Counted from the first letter of the stretch, positions 27,386 through 37,130 are shown. The stretch is DNA of 47,256 bases from an uncultured Clostridia bacterium (GCA_937892865.1 CALBJG010000148.1:1-47256); one strand, 5' to 3'. Notes: generated from the sequence alone by a model not told the origin. Program-made: numbers and translations.

Positions 27386-29809
27386 TTATTTTACGATCAA
27401 ATTGACCAGTTTGTTTTTGACCACGATGGTTTTAACGATGCTGCCGCCGTTCTTTTCCAGGAACTTGGCGATCTTCTCGTCAGCCAGCACATTCTGAACA
27501 ACTGTGTCATTGTCCAAGTCTGCTTCCATCACCACAGTACCGCGCATCTTGCCGTTGACCTGCACAGCGAAAGTGACCTCGGAATCCTTGCACTTATCTT
27601 CGCTATAGGTGGGCCAGGGCTCATAAGCGATGGTATTGTTGTGACCCATTACCTGCCAGATCTCTTCGCCCACATGGGGGATAATGCAGGAGATCATCTT
27701 GATAAAGCCCTCTGCATACTCTCTGGGGCAAGTGCCGTTTTTATAAACTTCGTTCACAAAAACCATCATCTGGGCAATGGCTGTATTGAAGCCCAAAGCC
27801 TCAAAGTCAGAGGTGACTTTCTTTACGGTCTGGTGGTAGACCTTGGTCAGTTTGCCGTCATCGGTGTCTGTGATGTTTGCGCTCTCGGTAAAGAAGTTCC
27901 ATACACGGTTAATGAACTTCTTCGCGCCGGCAACAGCGGTTGTGCTCCAGGGCTTGGACACTTCCAGGGGGCCCATAAACATCTCGTAAAGACGCAGGGT
28001 ATCTGCGCCATACTCCTTGACTACATCGCTGGGATTGACCACGAACTCGGGGAAACGCTTGCCCATCTTGATGCCGTTCTCGCCCAGGATCATACCCTGG
28101 TGGACCAGTTTCTTGAAGGGCTCCTTCACGGGAGACAAGCCCTGATCGTAGAGGAAGCGATTCCAGATACGGGAGTAGATCAAGTGTCCGACCGCATGCT
28201 CCGGACCGCCGATATACAGATCAACGGGCATCCAGTGTTCCAGCAATTTCTGGTCACAGAATTCCTTATCGTTCTTGGGATCGATATAGCGCATATAGTA
28301 CCAGGAAGAGCCTGCGCTGCCAGGCATTGTGGAAGTTTCACGAATACCCTTCAAGCCGTTTTGATCGTACTGCTTCCACTGGGTAGCATTTTCCAAAGGC
28401 GCTTTGCCGCCCTTGCCCTTGTAGTCTTCCAATACAGGCAGGATCAAAGGCAGTTCCTCATCGGGCAGGAACACGGTCTTTCCGTCCTCGGTGTACACGC
28501 AGGGAACGGGCTCGCCCCAATAGCGCTGACGGGCAAAGATCCACTCGCGGAAGTGATAGTTGTTCTTTCTTCTGGCAACCCCTGCTTTTTCCAGTTTGCA
28601 GGTGATGGCTTCCTTGGCTTCTTCCACGGTCAAGCCGGTGAATTCCTCGGAATTGACCAGTTTGCAACCCTTGCCTAAGTAATCCTGCTTTTCGAATGCG
28701 CATTCCGATACATCCCGGCCCTCAATGACCTGGATCATGGGAATGTTATGGGCAATGGCGTACTCAAAGTCACGCTGGTCGTGGCTGGGAACAGCCATAA
28801 CAGCACCGGTGCCGTAGTTGCCCAGGACGAAGTCGCCGATGAATACGGGAACTTCCTTGCCGTTGACGGGGTTGATGGCATAGATGCCCTTCAGGGGACA
28901 GCCGGTCTTGGTCTTGGTGACATCGGTACGGTCGATCTCACTCATGGCTGCTGCAGCCTTGATGTAGGCTTCCACCTCTTCCTTATTCTCCACGCGGTCC
29001 ATCAGGCCCTTTACGATCTTGCCGTCGGGAGCCAGGACCATGAAGGTGATGCCGTAGATGGTTTCGATACAGGTGGTGTAGATGGAGAACTCACCGCCGC
29101 CGACCAGCTTGAAGTCGACCTCAACACCGGTGGACTTGCCGATCCAGTTGCGCTGGATCTCCTTGGTGGATTCGGGCCAATCGATCTCCTCCAGACCCTC
29201 CAGCAGCTTTTCAGCAAAAGCAGGCTGATCAATGACCCACTGCATCATGTTCTTCTTCACTACAGGATAGCCGCCCCGCTCGGATTTGCCGTCGATAACC
29301 TCGTCGTTGGCAAGGACCGTACCCAGTGCCTCGCACCAGTTCACAGGCATCTCGATCCGCTTGGCATAGCCTGCCTCCCACAGCTTCTTGAAGATCCACT
29401 GGGTCCACTTATAGAAATCCGGGTCGGAGGTGGCAATGACCTTGGACCAATCGTAGTCAAAGCCCAGCTCCTTCAGCTGGCCGGAGAAGGTCTCGATATT
29501 CTTCTGGGTAAAGCCGTTGGGATGGTTGCCGGTGTCCACGGCGTACTGCTCCGCAGGCAGACCAAAGGAGTCGTAGCCCATGGGGTGCAGCACATTATAG
29601 CCCTGCATCCGCTTCATACGGGACATGATATCCGTAGCGGTGTAGCCCTCGGGGTGGCCTGCGTGCAGACCCACGCCGGAAGGATAAGGGAACATATCCA
29701 GCACATAGTACTTAGGCTTGGAGAAATCCCACACATCGGTCTTGAAGGTGTGGTTCTCCTCCCAGTATTTTTGCCATTTTTTCTCAACGGCGGAATGATC
29801 GTAATTCAT
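27386..29809 (-). CDS. leuS: Leucyl-tRNA synthetase
   Basis: MFPYPSGVGLHAGH (HIGH), GTGAVMAVPSHDQRD, RQRYWG, YGADTLRLY, VQVNGK; start ATG 29809. Confidence 0.96.
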   Translation of the reverse strand: MNYDHSAVEKKWQKYWEENHTFKTDVWDFSKPKYYVLDMFPYPSGVGLHAGHPEGYTATDIMSRMKRMQGYNVLHPMGYDSFGLPAEQYAVDTGNHPNGFTQKNIETFSGQLKELGFDYDWSKVIATSDPDFYKWTQWIFKKLWEAGYAKRIEMPVNWCEALGTVLANDEVIDGKSERGGYPVVKKNMMQWVIDQPAFAEKLLEGLEEIDWPESTKEIQRNWIGKSTGVEVDFKLVGGGEFSIYTTCIETIYGITFMVLAPDGKIVKGLMDRVENKEEVEAYIKAAAAMSEIDRTDVTKTKTGCPLKGIYAINPVNGKEVPVFIGDFVLGNYGTGAVMAVPSHDQRDFEYAIAHNIPMIQVIEGRDVSECAFEKQDYLGKGCKLVNSEEFTGLTVEEAKEAITCKLEKAGVARRKNNYHFREWIFARQRYWGEPVPCVYTEDGKTVFLPDEELPLILPVLEDYKGKGGKAPLENATQWKQYDQNGLKGIRETSTMPGSAGSSWYYMRYIDPKNDKEFCDQKLLEHWMPVDLYIGGPEHAVGHLIYSRIWNRFLYDQGLSPVKEPFKKLVHQGMILGENGIKMGKRFPEFVVNPSDVVKEYGADTLRLYEMFMGPLEVSKPWSTTAVAGAKKFINRVWNFFTESANITDTDDGKLTKVYHQTVKKVTSDFEALGFNTAIAQMMVFVNEVYKNGTCPREYAEGFIKMISCIIPHVGEEIWQVMGHNNTIAYEPWPTYSEDKCKDSEVTFAVQVNGKMRGTVVMEADLDNDTVVQNVLADEKIAKFLEKNGGSIVKTIVVKNKLVNLIVK

Positions 29810-29826
29810 GCTCTTCACTACCTCTC

Positions 29827-30189
29827 TCAGTTCGGCAAAACAATATCGCTCAGATCGATCTGCTCGGCATCCGCCCACAGACGCTCCAGAGCGTAGAATT
29901 CTCTGGCTTCCTCAGTAAACACATGGACCACAACGCTGCCGAAGTCCAGCAGCTCCCAGGTGTTGCCCCGGTGACCTTCCCGACCCAGCATAGGCTCACC
30001 CAGCTGCTCGAAGGTGTACTCCGCATGATCGCAGAGGGTCTTAACATGGGTATTGGAGGTACCGGTGCAGATGATAAAATAATCTGCAAGGCTGGAGATC
30101 TCAGCGATCTTCAAAAGCTTGATATCCATGCCCTTCTTTTCATCCAATGCTTTTGTGACCTCATAGGCCACTTCTTTTGCTGTTAACAT
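29827..30189 (-). CDS. rsfS: Ribosome silencing factor
   Basis: DEKKGMDI, DYFIICTG, WELLDFGSVVVHVF...REFYALERLW. Confidence 0.96.
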   Translation of the reverse strand: MLTAKEVAYEVTKALDEKKGMDIKLLKIAEISSLADYFIICTGTSNTHVKTLCDHAEYTFEQLGEPMLGREGHRGNTWELLDFGSVVVHVFTEEAREFYALERLWADAEQIDLSDIVLPN

Positions 30190-30209
30190 GGTATTTTCCT
30201 TTCTGCTCC

Positions 30210-31382
30210 TTATTGCTTCAAAAACTCCAGCGCCTGAATGGATTCCCGGGATATCTCCTTCCCCTCCTCCTTCAGCACAGCAAGGGTCATTTCAAGTCCC
30301 ATACGCAGCGCCCCGTCCAGATCCGCATATGCCAGCTGCCGCAGCTGCTCCACACCGGGGAAATCCCGGTTCGGCTCCATATAATCGGCAACATAAATGA
30401 TCTTTTCCAGGGTGTTCATATTTGCTTTACCGGTGGTATGGCTGGCAATAGCGCTGACCACCGCTTCATTCTCCCCAAAGATCCGACGGGCCACCAGACT
30501 GCCGGTGAGGGCATGGAGGGTCTTGGGATTTTGGGTAGAAAAATTGTCTAAGATTATACCATAGGCATCGCACAATGTCAATTGCAGCGGACCGTCCAAG
30601 GCCTTGGTGATATCATGCAAAAGACCGGCACGGGCGGCATCCGTCGGGTCTGCGCCCCATAGCTTTGCCAGCTCCACAGCCGTATCCCGGCAGCCCAGCA
30701 CATGCTTGACCCGATTTGGCTTCAGCAGGCTGATCACCGCAGCCTCCAGCTGCTCGAGGGGGAGATTTTGGTAGCAGGTGGCCGTGCCGTAGAGGCCCTG
30801 ATCCTGAATATAAGACAGCGCCTGCCGGTCCATAAATCCATCGGCGCAGCCGAATACCAGCATTCTGCGAAGGTCTGTGGAGGAGATCTCCGTAACCGGA
30901 TTTTCCACAAGATACACCGTAGCGCCGGCTTCCTCCAGCCGCTGCTTTTGTTCTGCCACCGCGCCGACCTCGCCCTTATCCCCACGGTAGAACACACCGA
31001 TGGAGGCTTTTTCCATGATCCTTTCCGGATGCATCCAATTGTGGAAGCTTAAAAACATATCCGTGCCCATCAGCAGCACAAGCTCCGTATCCGGATGCTC
31101 AGCGGAAAGCTCAGTTACGGTCTGCCAGGTATAGCTGGTGCCGCCTCTTTCCAGCTCCAGGTCGGAAACGCAGATGCCGGGCTGACGGATGCTCAGCTGC
31201 AGCAGCTGCATACGCTGCTGCGGTGTGGCAGAGCCCTCCGGCAGCTGCTTATGGGGAGATATATAGGAAGGGATCATATAAAGCATATCCAGCGACAGGG
31301 CCTTCAAGGCATACGCAGCCGCCCGGACATGACCCAAATGCGGTGGATTGAATGTGCCGCCGTAGATACCGATTCTTTTCAT
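30210..31382 (-). CDS. nadD: Fused nicotinate-nucleotide adenylyltransferase NadD + YqeK-type HD hydrolase
   Basis: N-half GGTFNPPHLGH and ISSTDLR; C-half RVKHVLG, GLLHDITK, HTTG, YVADYMEPNR. Confidence 0.92.
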   Translation of the reverse strand: MKRIGIYGGTFNPPHLGHVRAAAYALKALSLDMLYMIPSYISPHKQLPEGSATPQQRMQLLQLSIRQPGICVSDLELERGGTSYTWQTVTELSAEHPDTELVLLMGTDMFLSFHNWMHPERIMEKASIGVFYRGDKGEVGAVAEQKQRLEEAGATVYLVENPVTEISSTDLRRMLVFGCADGFMDRQALSYIQDQGLYGTATCYQNLPLEQLEAAVISLLKPNRVKHVLGCRDTAVELAKLWGADPTDAARAGLLHDITKALDGPLQLTLCDAYGIILDNFSTQNPKTLHALTGSLVARRIFGENEAVVSAIASHTTGKANMNTLEKIIYVADYMEPNRDFPGVEQLRQLAYADLDGALRMGLEMTLAVLKEEGKEISRESIQALEFLKQ

Positions 31383-31426
31383 ATAGCCTCTCCCCTTCTG
31401 CGCTTATTGCCAGGCGTTATGACAGA

Positions 31427-31897
31427 TCACTGATTTTCCCGAAGCTGACGCTCACGGTCCCGCTCGATGGCCTTCTCAATGGCCTGCTGGCGGAAATACT
31501 CATTGCGCTGCTGCCGGACCTTCCGGGCAGCATCCCGCCGTGCCTTCGCGCCCTTACGGACAGGATTTGCCTTGGACACCGGAGTGGCCTTTTTCTTGGC
31601 TCTGCCGGTCTGATTCCGCTCTGCCTGCAGCTTCTGGCTGAAGCGGTAGATCACAAATTTCGTGCCGATCACCGCAACACCCTCTGCGCCGGTGGCCTCA
31701 CAGATCTCATCGCTGACCTCCCGGGGGGACATCATGGCGCCTTCCAGCACCTTGCCCTTCACCAGTTCCCGGGCTTCCAGCTGATTCTCAGCCTCAGCAA
31801 TAACGGCCTCGGTAACACCGCCCTTGCCCACCATCAGCGTGGTCTCCAGGGTATTTGCCTGGGATCGAAGCTCTGCTCGTTCCTTACTTGTCAGCAT
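31427..31897 (-). CDS. yhbY: YhbY/CRM-domain RNA-binding protein with basic C-terminal extension
   Basis: MLTSKERAELRSQA...VGKGG...ELVKGKVL...IGTKFVIYR. Confidence 0.9.
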   Translation of the reverse strand: MLTSKERAELRSQANTLETTLMVGKGGVTEAVIAEAENQLEARELVKGKVLEGAMMSPREVSDEICEATGAEGVAVIGTKFVIYRFSQKLQAERNQTGRAKKKATPVSKANPVRKGAKARRDAARKVRQQRNEYFRQQAIEKAIERDRERQLRENQ

Positions 31898-32489
31898 AGC
31901 CTGCCTCCTTCATCTTCTCGTAAAAGAGTTTCAATGCGTTTGCCCGGTGGGAGACCTGATTCTTCTCCTGTGCGCTCAGCTGCGCCGTGGTCTTGCCCAG
32001 GGGGGGATAATAGAAAATCGGATCATAGCCGAAGCCGTTTTCACCATGGGGCTCTCTTGTCAGCTCGCCGTGGATCTCTCCACGGGCCTGGATCACCTTT
32101 CCATCCGGTGTCACAAAGCTGATCACGCAAACGAACTTGGCCTGCCGTTGCCCGTCCGGCACATGCTCGGTGTTTTTCAGCAGCAGCTCCAGCCGACCCC
32201 AATCGTCCAGCGTGGGATCAAAGCCGTACCGGGCAGAATAGATACCCGGCTCGCCATTCAAGGCATCCACGGCAATTCCGGAATCGTCTGCCAGGGCAGG
32301 AAGTCCCGTCGCCTCCATCACCGCCCTTGCCTTCAGAAGAGAATTCTCCTCAAAGGTAGTGCCGGTCTCCTCCACATCTATATCGATCCCAAGCTCAGAC
32401 TGAAGCACCAGCGTGATGCCGAACTTTTCGGTGATCTTGCTGATCTCCACGAGCTTATGGGGATTCTTGCTTGCCAATACAACCTTCAT
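31884..32489 (-). CDS. rdgB: Non-canonical purine NTP pyrophosphatase (RdgB/Ham1)
   Basis: ASKNPHK, ETGTTFEENS, ADDSG, GFGYDP, SHR. Confidence 0.95.
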   Translation of the reverse strand: MKVVLASKNPHKLVEISKITEKFGITLVLQSELGIDIDVEETGTTFEENSLLKARAVMEATGLPALADDSGIAVDALNGEPGIYSARYGFDPTLDDWGRLELLLKNTEHVPDGQRQAKFVCVISFVTPDGKVIQARGEIHGELTREPHGENGFGYDPIFYYPPLGKTTAQLSAQEKNQVSHRANALKLFYEKMKEAGYADK

Positions 32490-33394
32490 TACAAAAGTGC
32501 CTCCACAAAGGGACGGGCCTCAAAGGGCATCAGATCATCGATCCCCTCGCCTACGCCCACAAATTTCACCGGCAGCTGCAGGGTATCTGCCACGGCGATC
32601 ACAATGCCGCCCTTGGCTGTACCGTCCAGCTTGGTCAGTGCCACCGCCGTTACACCGGCGATCTCTTTAAACTGCTTGGCCTGGATAAGACCGTTCTGTC
32701 CCGTTGCACCGTCCAGCACCAGAAGGACCTCCCGGGACGCACCGGGCAGCTCACGCTCCACGATGCGGCTGATCTTGCCAAGCTCATTCATCAGATTCTG
32801 CTTATTATGCAGCCGGCCTGCCGTGTCAATGATGATCACATCCGAGCCCTTGGCCTTGGCAGACTGGATACCGTCATACACAACAGAGGCAGGATCTGCT
32901 CCCTCATGCTGGCGGACAATGCCTGCACCGGAGCGGCCTGCCCATACCTCCAGCTGATCCGCAGCAGCGGCACGGAAGGTATCGCCGGCCACCAGCAGCA
33001 CATTCTTGCCCTCACCGGTCAGCTGGGCAGCCAGCTTGCCGATGGTGGTGGTCTTGCCAACACCGTTGACACCGATCACAAGGATCACCGAAGGCTTTGT
33101 ATCCAGCTTCAGCGCAGTATCGCCCACACTCAGCATATCCACAAGGATCTGCTTCAGCGCCTCCCGGGCCTCCTCAGTGGTCTTAATGTGCTGCTCCTTT
33201 ACGGTCTTACGCAAAGCGCCGGTTGCCTTCATGGCAGTTTCCACGCCCAGATCCGCCAGGATCAGGCACTCCTCCAGCTCCTCGTAGAAATCCTCATCGA
33301 TCTCGGAGAAGCCGGAAAATACACCGCCCAGCGTGTTATGCAGCGCATCTCTGGTCTTTGCCAGGCCAGCCTTTATTTTATCAAAAAAGCCCAT
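32489..33394 (-). CDS. ftsY: Signal recognition particle receptor
   Basis: GVNGVGKTT, DTFRAAA, DTAGR, TKLDGTAKGG; start ATG 33394. Confidence 0.97.
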   Translation of the reverse strand: MGFFDKIKAGLAKTRDALHNTLGGVFSGFSEIDEDFYEELEECLILADLGVETAMKATGALRKTVKEQHIKTTEEAREALKQILVDMLSVGDTALKLDTKPSVILVIGVNGVGKTTTIGKLAAQLTGEGKNVLLVAGDTFRAAAADQLEVWAGRSGAGIVRQHEGADPASVVYDGIQSAKAKGSDVIIIDTAGRLHNKQNLMNELGKISRIVERELPGASREVLLVLDGATGQNGLIQAKQFKEIAGVTAVALTKLDGTAKGGIVIAVADTLQLPVKFVGVGEGIDDLMPFEARPFVEALL

Positions 33395-33404
33395 ATTTTC
33401 TCCT

Positions 33405-36400
33405 TTATTCCACAATGCCCAGGTACTGCTCCATCTGATTCAGATCCAGCCGCAGCAGCTTACTGACACCCTGCTCCTGCATGGTAACACCGTAAAGCAC
33501 ATCCGATGCTTCCATGGTGCCACGGCGGTGGGTGATAACAATAAACTGGGTGTTCTTGCTCAGATTGTGCAGGTAATTGGCAAAGCGCTCCACATTCCGG
33601 TCGTCCAGCGCCGCATCGATCTCGTCCAACAGGCAGAAGGGTGTGGGACGGACTTTAAGGATCGCAAAGTACAGTGCCGTTGCCACAAAGGCCTTCTCGC
33701 CGCCGGACAGCAGCGTGATGGTCTTGACCTGCTTTCCGGGAGGCTGGACACGGATCTCGATGCCGCAGGTCAGAGGCTCCTCCGGATCCTCCAGGATCAG
33801 CTGACCCTTACCGCCGCCAAACATCTCCTCAAAGACAATGCCGAAATGATGGTCGATCTTCTTAAATTCTGCCACAAAGATGGTGGTCATTTCCTCGGTA
33901 ATATTGCGGATGATGCTCTCCAGCTCACGCTTGGAGGTCAGCACATCATCCCGCTGCTCCACCAGATAGGAATACCGCTCGTTGATCCGGGCATACTCCT
34001 CGATAGCGCCCAAATTGGGTGTACCCAAGGCGGAGATCTTCCGCTTCAGCTCCGTGATCCGGCGGTTACCCGCTGCCACGGATTCGATCTGCCCACGCTT
34101 CTCCGGTGCTGTACCGGGCGTCAGCTCATAGGAATCCCAAAGCTTATCAATGATCTGCCGCTCTTCCATGGCTGTGGTGGTCTTCTTGTTCTCAAGGAGG
34201 ACACAGGCTCTTTCCTTATTCAGAATGTCCTTGTTCATCTCCTGAGATTCCCGCTCACAGCGGGTCTTGGTCGCCTCGGCGTCAGAGCGCTGCTGCAAAG
34301 CATTTTCCAGCGCCTTACGCATCCGGTCAGCTTCCTCGTCATTGTCGCTCTGCCGTGCCAGCAGACCCTCGATCTCGCCATTGAGCCGCTGGGTCTCCTC
34401 ACGGATGGCATCCATAAGCGCCAGCTTCTTCTCCCGATCGCCTTCCATATCCGCACGGAGGGCATGCAGGTCCTCCATATGGGTCTGGGCAGTATTGCGC
34501 TCTGCCTGCAGAGCTGCCTCCTCGGTCTTCAGCTGGGTCACCTCTTCGGTAATGCGGCTGATAGACTCGGTTGCATCCTGCTGGGAGGTCTCCAGATTTT
34601 CAAGCTGCAATCTGGTCTGCTCCAGCTGCTGGGTATAGACCTGGATCTTAGCCTGCTGGGCGCCGTAGCGCTCACGGTCCAGCTTCTCACGGCTGTCCAG
34701 GGCTTCCTTCTCTCTGCGAGCGGAGGTCATGGCATCCTCGATAGCCTGGACCATAATCTCATGCTGCTTCTCAAGTCCCTGCAGCCGCAGTACCCGGTCC
34801 TCGGATTCACGCAGCTGCTCCTTGGCGGTGTTCATCTCGTACTCCACCTGATCCACGGAGCGCTGTGCTTCCTGCAGCTCGCTCTGGCAGATCTGCAGCT
34901 TGCGCTCCAGCTGCTTTTCCCGTGCGGTCAGCTTCTCCAGCTCGTTGGCACGGCTGAGGATGCCGGCTTCCTTATTCACAGAACCACCGGTCATAGAACC
35001 GCCGGCATTGAGGACCTGTCCGTCCAGGGTAACGATCTTAAACCGATGCTGGTACTGATTTGCCATTGCAATGGCAAAATCGATATTCTCCGCAATGACG
35101 ATCCTGCCAAGCAGGTCCTCCACGATATTGCGGTATTGATCGTCGCAGGTCACCAGCTCAGAGGCTATGCCCACATAGCCGCGGCAGCGGTCAAGACCGT
35201 TTTCCTTCAGCTGCCGGCCCTTCACCACCGCAATGGGAAGGAAGGTAGCCCGTCCACCGCCGGTCCGCTTCAAAAATGCGATGGCTGCCTTGGCATCGGA
35301 CTGGGCATCCACAACGATATTCTGCATAGCTGCGCCCAGGGCGATCTCAATGGCAACGGTGTAATCGTCGTGAGTACGGATCAGCATAGAGAGAGGACCG
35401 TGGATATTTCTCAAAGCACCCCTCTGCGCCTCCTGCATGACCATACGCACGGACTTCTGATAGCTCTCAAAATCCCGTTCCATAGCGCGGAACACCCGAA
35501 GCTTTGCCTGTACGCTGTCCAGCTCACCGGTCAGCTCCCGGTGCTGGGTCTCCAGCTCATCTCTGCGCTTTGCACGGGTCTCCTGCCGAAGAGAATAGCC
35601 GTTGATGGTGTTATGATTGGCAGTGACCTCATCCTGGGCGCTGCGCAGCTCCTTGCGGCAGGCCTCCAGATCGGCTCTTGCTACCTTTTCCCGGTCGGTA
35701 CCGGCAGCAATGTCGCTATTAAGCTGCTCCAGGCGCTGTCCGTTTTCCTGCAGGCTGGCATCCAGACCACGCAGATCCGCCTCACGGCCTGCGATATCCG
35801 CCGTCAGATTGCCTTCCGTGGTACGCAGCTCCAAAAACTGCTTGGTAATACCCTCGGAGCTGGCGGTCATAGCGGTCAGCTCCTGCTGCAGCTTTTCCAG
35901 CTGCTGATGCTTGTCCTCCAGGGAAGCCTCGATCTGACCGATCCGCAGGCGGGTCTGCTCCAGCTGCTGGCCAATGCCGCCGCTGCGATCCTCCTGCCCC
36001 TTCAATTCTTCCTCGATCCGGGCAATATTATCATCGTTGTTCTGAATGTTGCCCCGAAGCACTGCCATCTGTCCGTCAAACTGCTGATGGGTCTGCTCCA
36101 GCAGATTCACCTGCATGCGGATATTCTCAAGCTCCTCATCCCGATGGCGCAGGGTGGCGCTCATCTCCTCGGATTTGGCATAGAGCTTCTCCAGATCCTC
36201 CTTGGCCTGCTGCAGAACAAAGGATGCGGAGGCATAGTCCTCCTCTGCCTTCTTGGCCGCAGCGGAAAGCCGCTCCAGTGTATCCAGCCACACAGCGACC
36301 TCGACGCCCTGCAGCTCGTCCTTCAGCTCCAGATATTTCTTAGCCTTCTCGGATTGGATCTTCAGCGGCTCAAGCTGCAGCTCCAGCTCCGAAACCTTAT

Positions 36401-36977
36401 CGCCGATACGCAGCAGATTATCCTCCGTGTGGGCCAGCTTCCGCTCGGTCTCCTCCTTGCGGTGACGGTACTTGGAGATACCGGCAGCCTCCTCGAAGAT
36501 CTCACGACGGTCTGCGCTCTTCAGAGAAAGGATCTCATCGATCCTGCCCTGTCCGATATTGGAATAACCCTCACGGCCCAGGCCCGTATCCATGAACATC
36601 TCATGGATGTCACGAAGCCGGGAGGACTGACGGTTAATATAGTACTCACTGTCACCGCTGCGGTAATACCGCCGGGTAACCATGACCTCGTCGGCATCAT
36701 AGGGCAGCGCTCTGTCGGTATTGTCGAGGGTAAGGGTAGCCTCCGCAAAGCCCACAGCTGCCCGCTTCTGCGTACCGCCAAAGATCACATCCTCCATTTT
36801 TGCGCCACGGAGCGTCTTGGTGCTCTGCTCGCCCATGACCCACAGGATCGCATCGGAGATATTCGATTTTCCGGAGCCGTTGGGACCCACGATGGCTGTG
36901 ATATCATCACCAAAACGGATCACGGTCTTATCCGGGAAGGACTTAAAGCCCTGTACTTCCAAACTTTTTAAATACAC
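33405..36977 (-). CDS. smc: Chromosome segregation protein SMC
   Basis: GFKSF, GPNGSGKSN, coiled coils with hinge (GRATF; GGSMTGG), LSGGE, LLDEIDAALD. Confidence 0.98.
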   Translation of the reverse strand: MYLKSLEVQGFKSFPDKTVIRFGDDITAIVGPNGSGKSNISDAILWVMGEQSTKTLRGAKMEDVIFGGTQKRAAVGFAEATLTLDNTDRALPYDADEVMVTRRYYRSGDSEYYINRQSSRLRDIHEMFMDTGLGREGYSNIGQGRIDEILSLKSADRREIFEEAAGISKYRHRKEETERKLAHTEDNLLRIGDKVSELELQLEPLKIQSEKAKKYLELKDELQGVEVAVWLDTLERLSAAAKKAEEDYASASFVLQQAKEDLEKLYAKSEEMSATLRHRDEELENIRMQVNLLEQTHQQFDGQMAVLRGNIQNNDDNIARIEEELKGQEDRSGGIGQQLEQTRLRIGQIEASLEDKHQQLEKLQQELTAMTASSEGITKQFLELRTTEGNLTADIAGREADLRGLDASLQENGQRLEQLNSDIAAGTDREKVARADLEACRKELRSAQDEVTANHNTINGYSLRQETRAKRRDELETQHRELTGELDSVQAKLRVFRAMERDFESYQKSVRMVMQEAQRGALRNIHGPLSMLIRTHDDYTVAIEIALGAAMQNIVVDAQSDAKAAIAFLKRTGGGRATFLPIAVVKGRQLKENGLDRCRGYVGIASELVTCDDQYRNIVEDLLGRIVIAENIDFAIAMANQYQHRFKIVTLDGQVLNAGGSMTGGSVNKEAGILSRANELEKLTAREKQLERKLQICQSELQEAQRSVDQVEYEMNTAKEQLRESEDRVLRLQGLEKQHEIMVQAIEDAMTSARREKEALDSREKLDRERYGAQQAKIQVYTQQLEQTRLQLENLETSQQDATESISRITEEVTQLKTEEAALQAERNTAQTHMEDLHALRADMEGDREKKLALMDAIREETQRLNGEIEGLLARQSDNDEEADRMRKALENALQQRSDAEATKTRCERESQEMNKDILNKERACVLLENKKTTTAMEERQIIDKLWDSYELTPGTAPEKRGQIESVAAGNRRITELKRKISALGTPNLGAIEEYARINERYSYLVEQRDDVLTSKRELESIIRNITEEMTTIFVAEFKKIDHHFGIVFEEMFGGGKGQLILEDPEEPLTCGIEIRVQPPGKQVKTITLLSGGEKAFVATALYFAILKVRPTPFCLLDEIDAALDDRNVERFANYLHNLSKNTQFIVITHRRGTMEASDVLYGVTMQEQGVSKLLRLDLNQMEQYLGIVE

Positions 36978-37017
36978 TGTACTACCTCTTCCGAAAATAG
37001 TTATAACAAATCAATTT

Positions 37018-37046
37018 ATTATACCGACAAACACAGAAAAAAGCAA
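37018..37046 (-). promoter_or_regulatory. Putative sigma-A promoter of the smc...leuS operon
   Basis: TTGCTT (37046-37041), 17 bp, TATAAT (37023-37018). Confidence 0.7.
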
Positions 37047-37080
37047 GTGCTGATCTGCATTTATAGGAAGTTTTTCCAAA

Positions 37081-37109
37081 TTGACAAGACCGGTCTGTAA
37101 ACATATAAT
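37081..37109 (+). promoter_or_regulatory. Consensus sigma-A promoter of the ZIP gene
   Basis: TTGACA, 17 bp, TATAAT. Confidence 0.85.
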
Positions 37110-37130
37110 AGAAGCAAAGGAGTGATCCCT

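Noticed and set aside
29810..29826. Expected T-box riboswitch upstream of leuS
   Set aside because: Only 17 bp separate rsfS and leuS, so there is no room for one.
27173..29896. Long plus-strand ORFs (501 and 382 aa) opposite leuS, and similar ones opposite ftsY, rdgB, the SH3 gene, mnmA and the giant gene
   Set aside because: Same codon-bias shadow effect; each overlaps a well-supported gene and has no recognisable motif.
33333..36971. 1212-aa plus-strand ORF antisense to smc
   Set aside because: It mirrors smc almost end to end, is Leu/Gln-rich and has no motifs. smc rarely uses TTA, CTA or TCA codons, which removes stops from the antisense frame, so this is a shadow ORF.
27386..37000. 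Visibly higher GC and codon bias than the dcw region, as a sign of a foreign island or chimeric assembly
   Set aside because: The genes are core housekeeping, there are no mobility marks at the borders, and I cannot quantify composition by eye.
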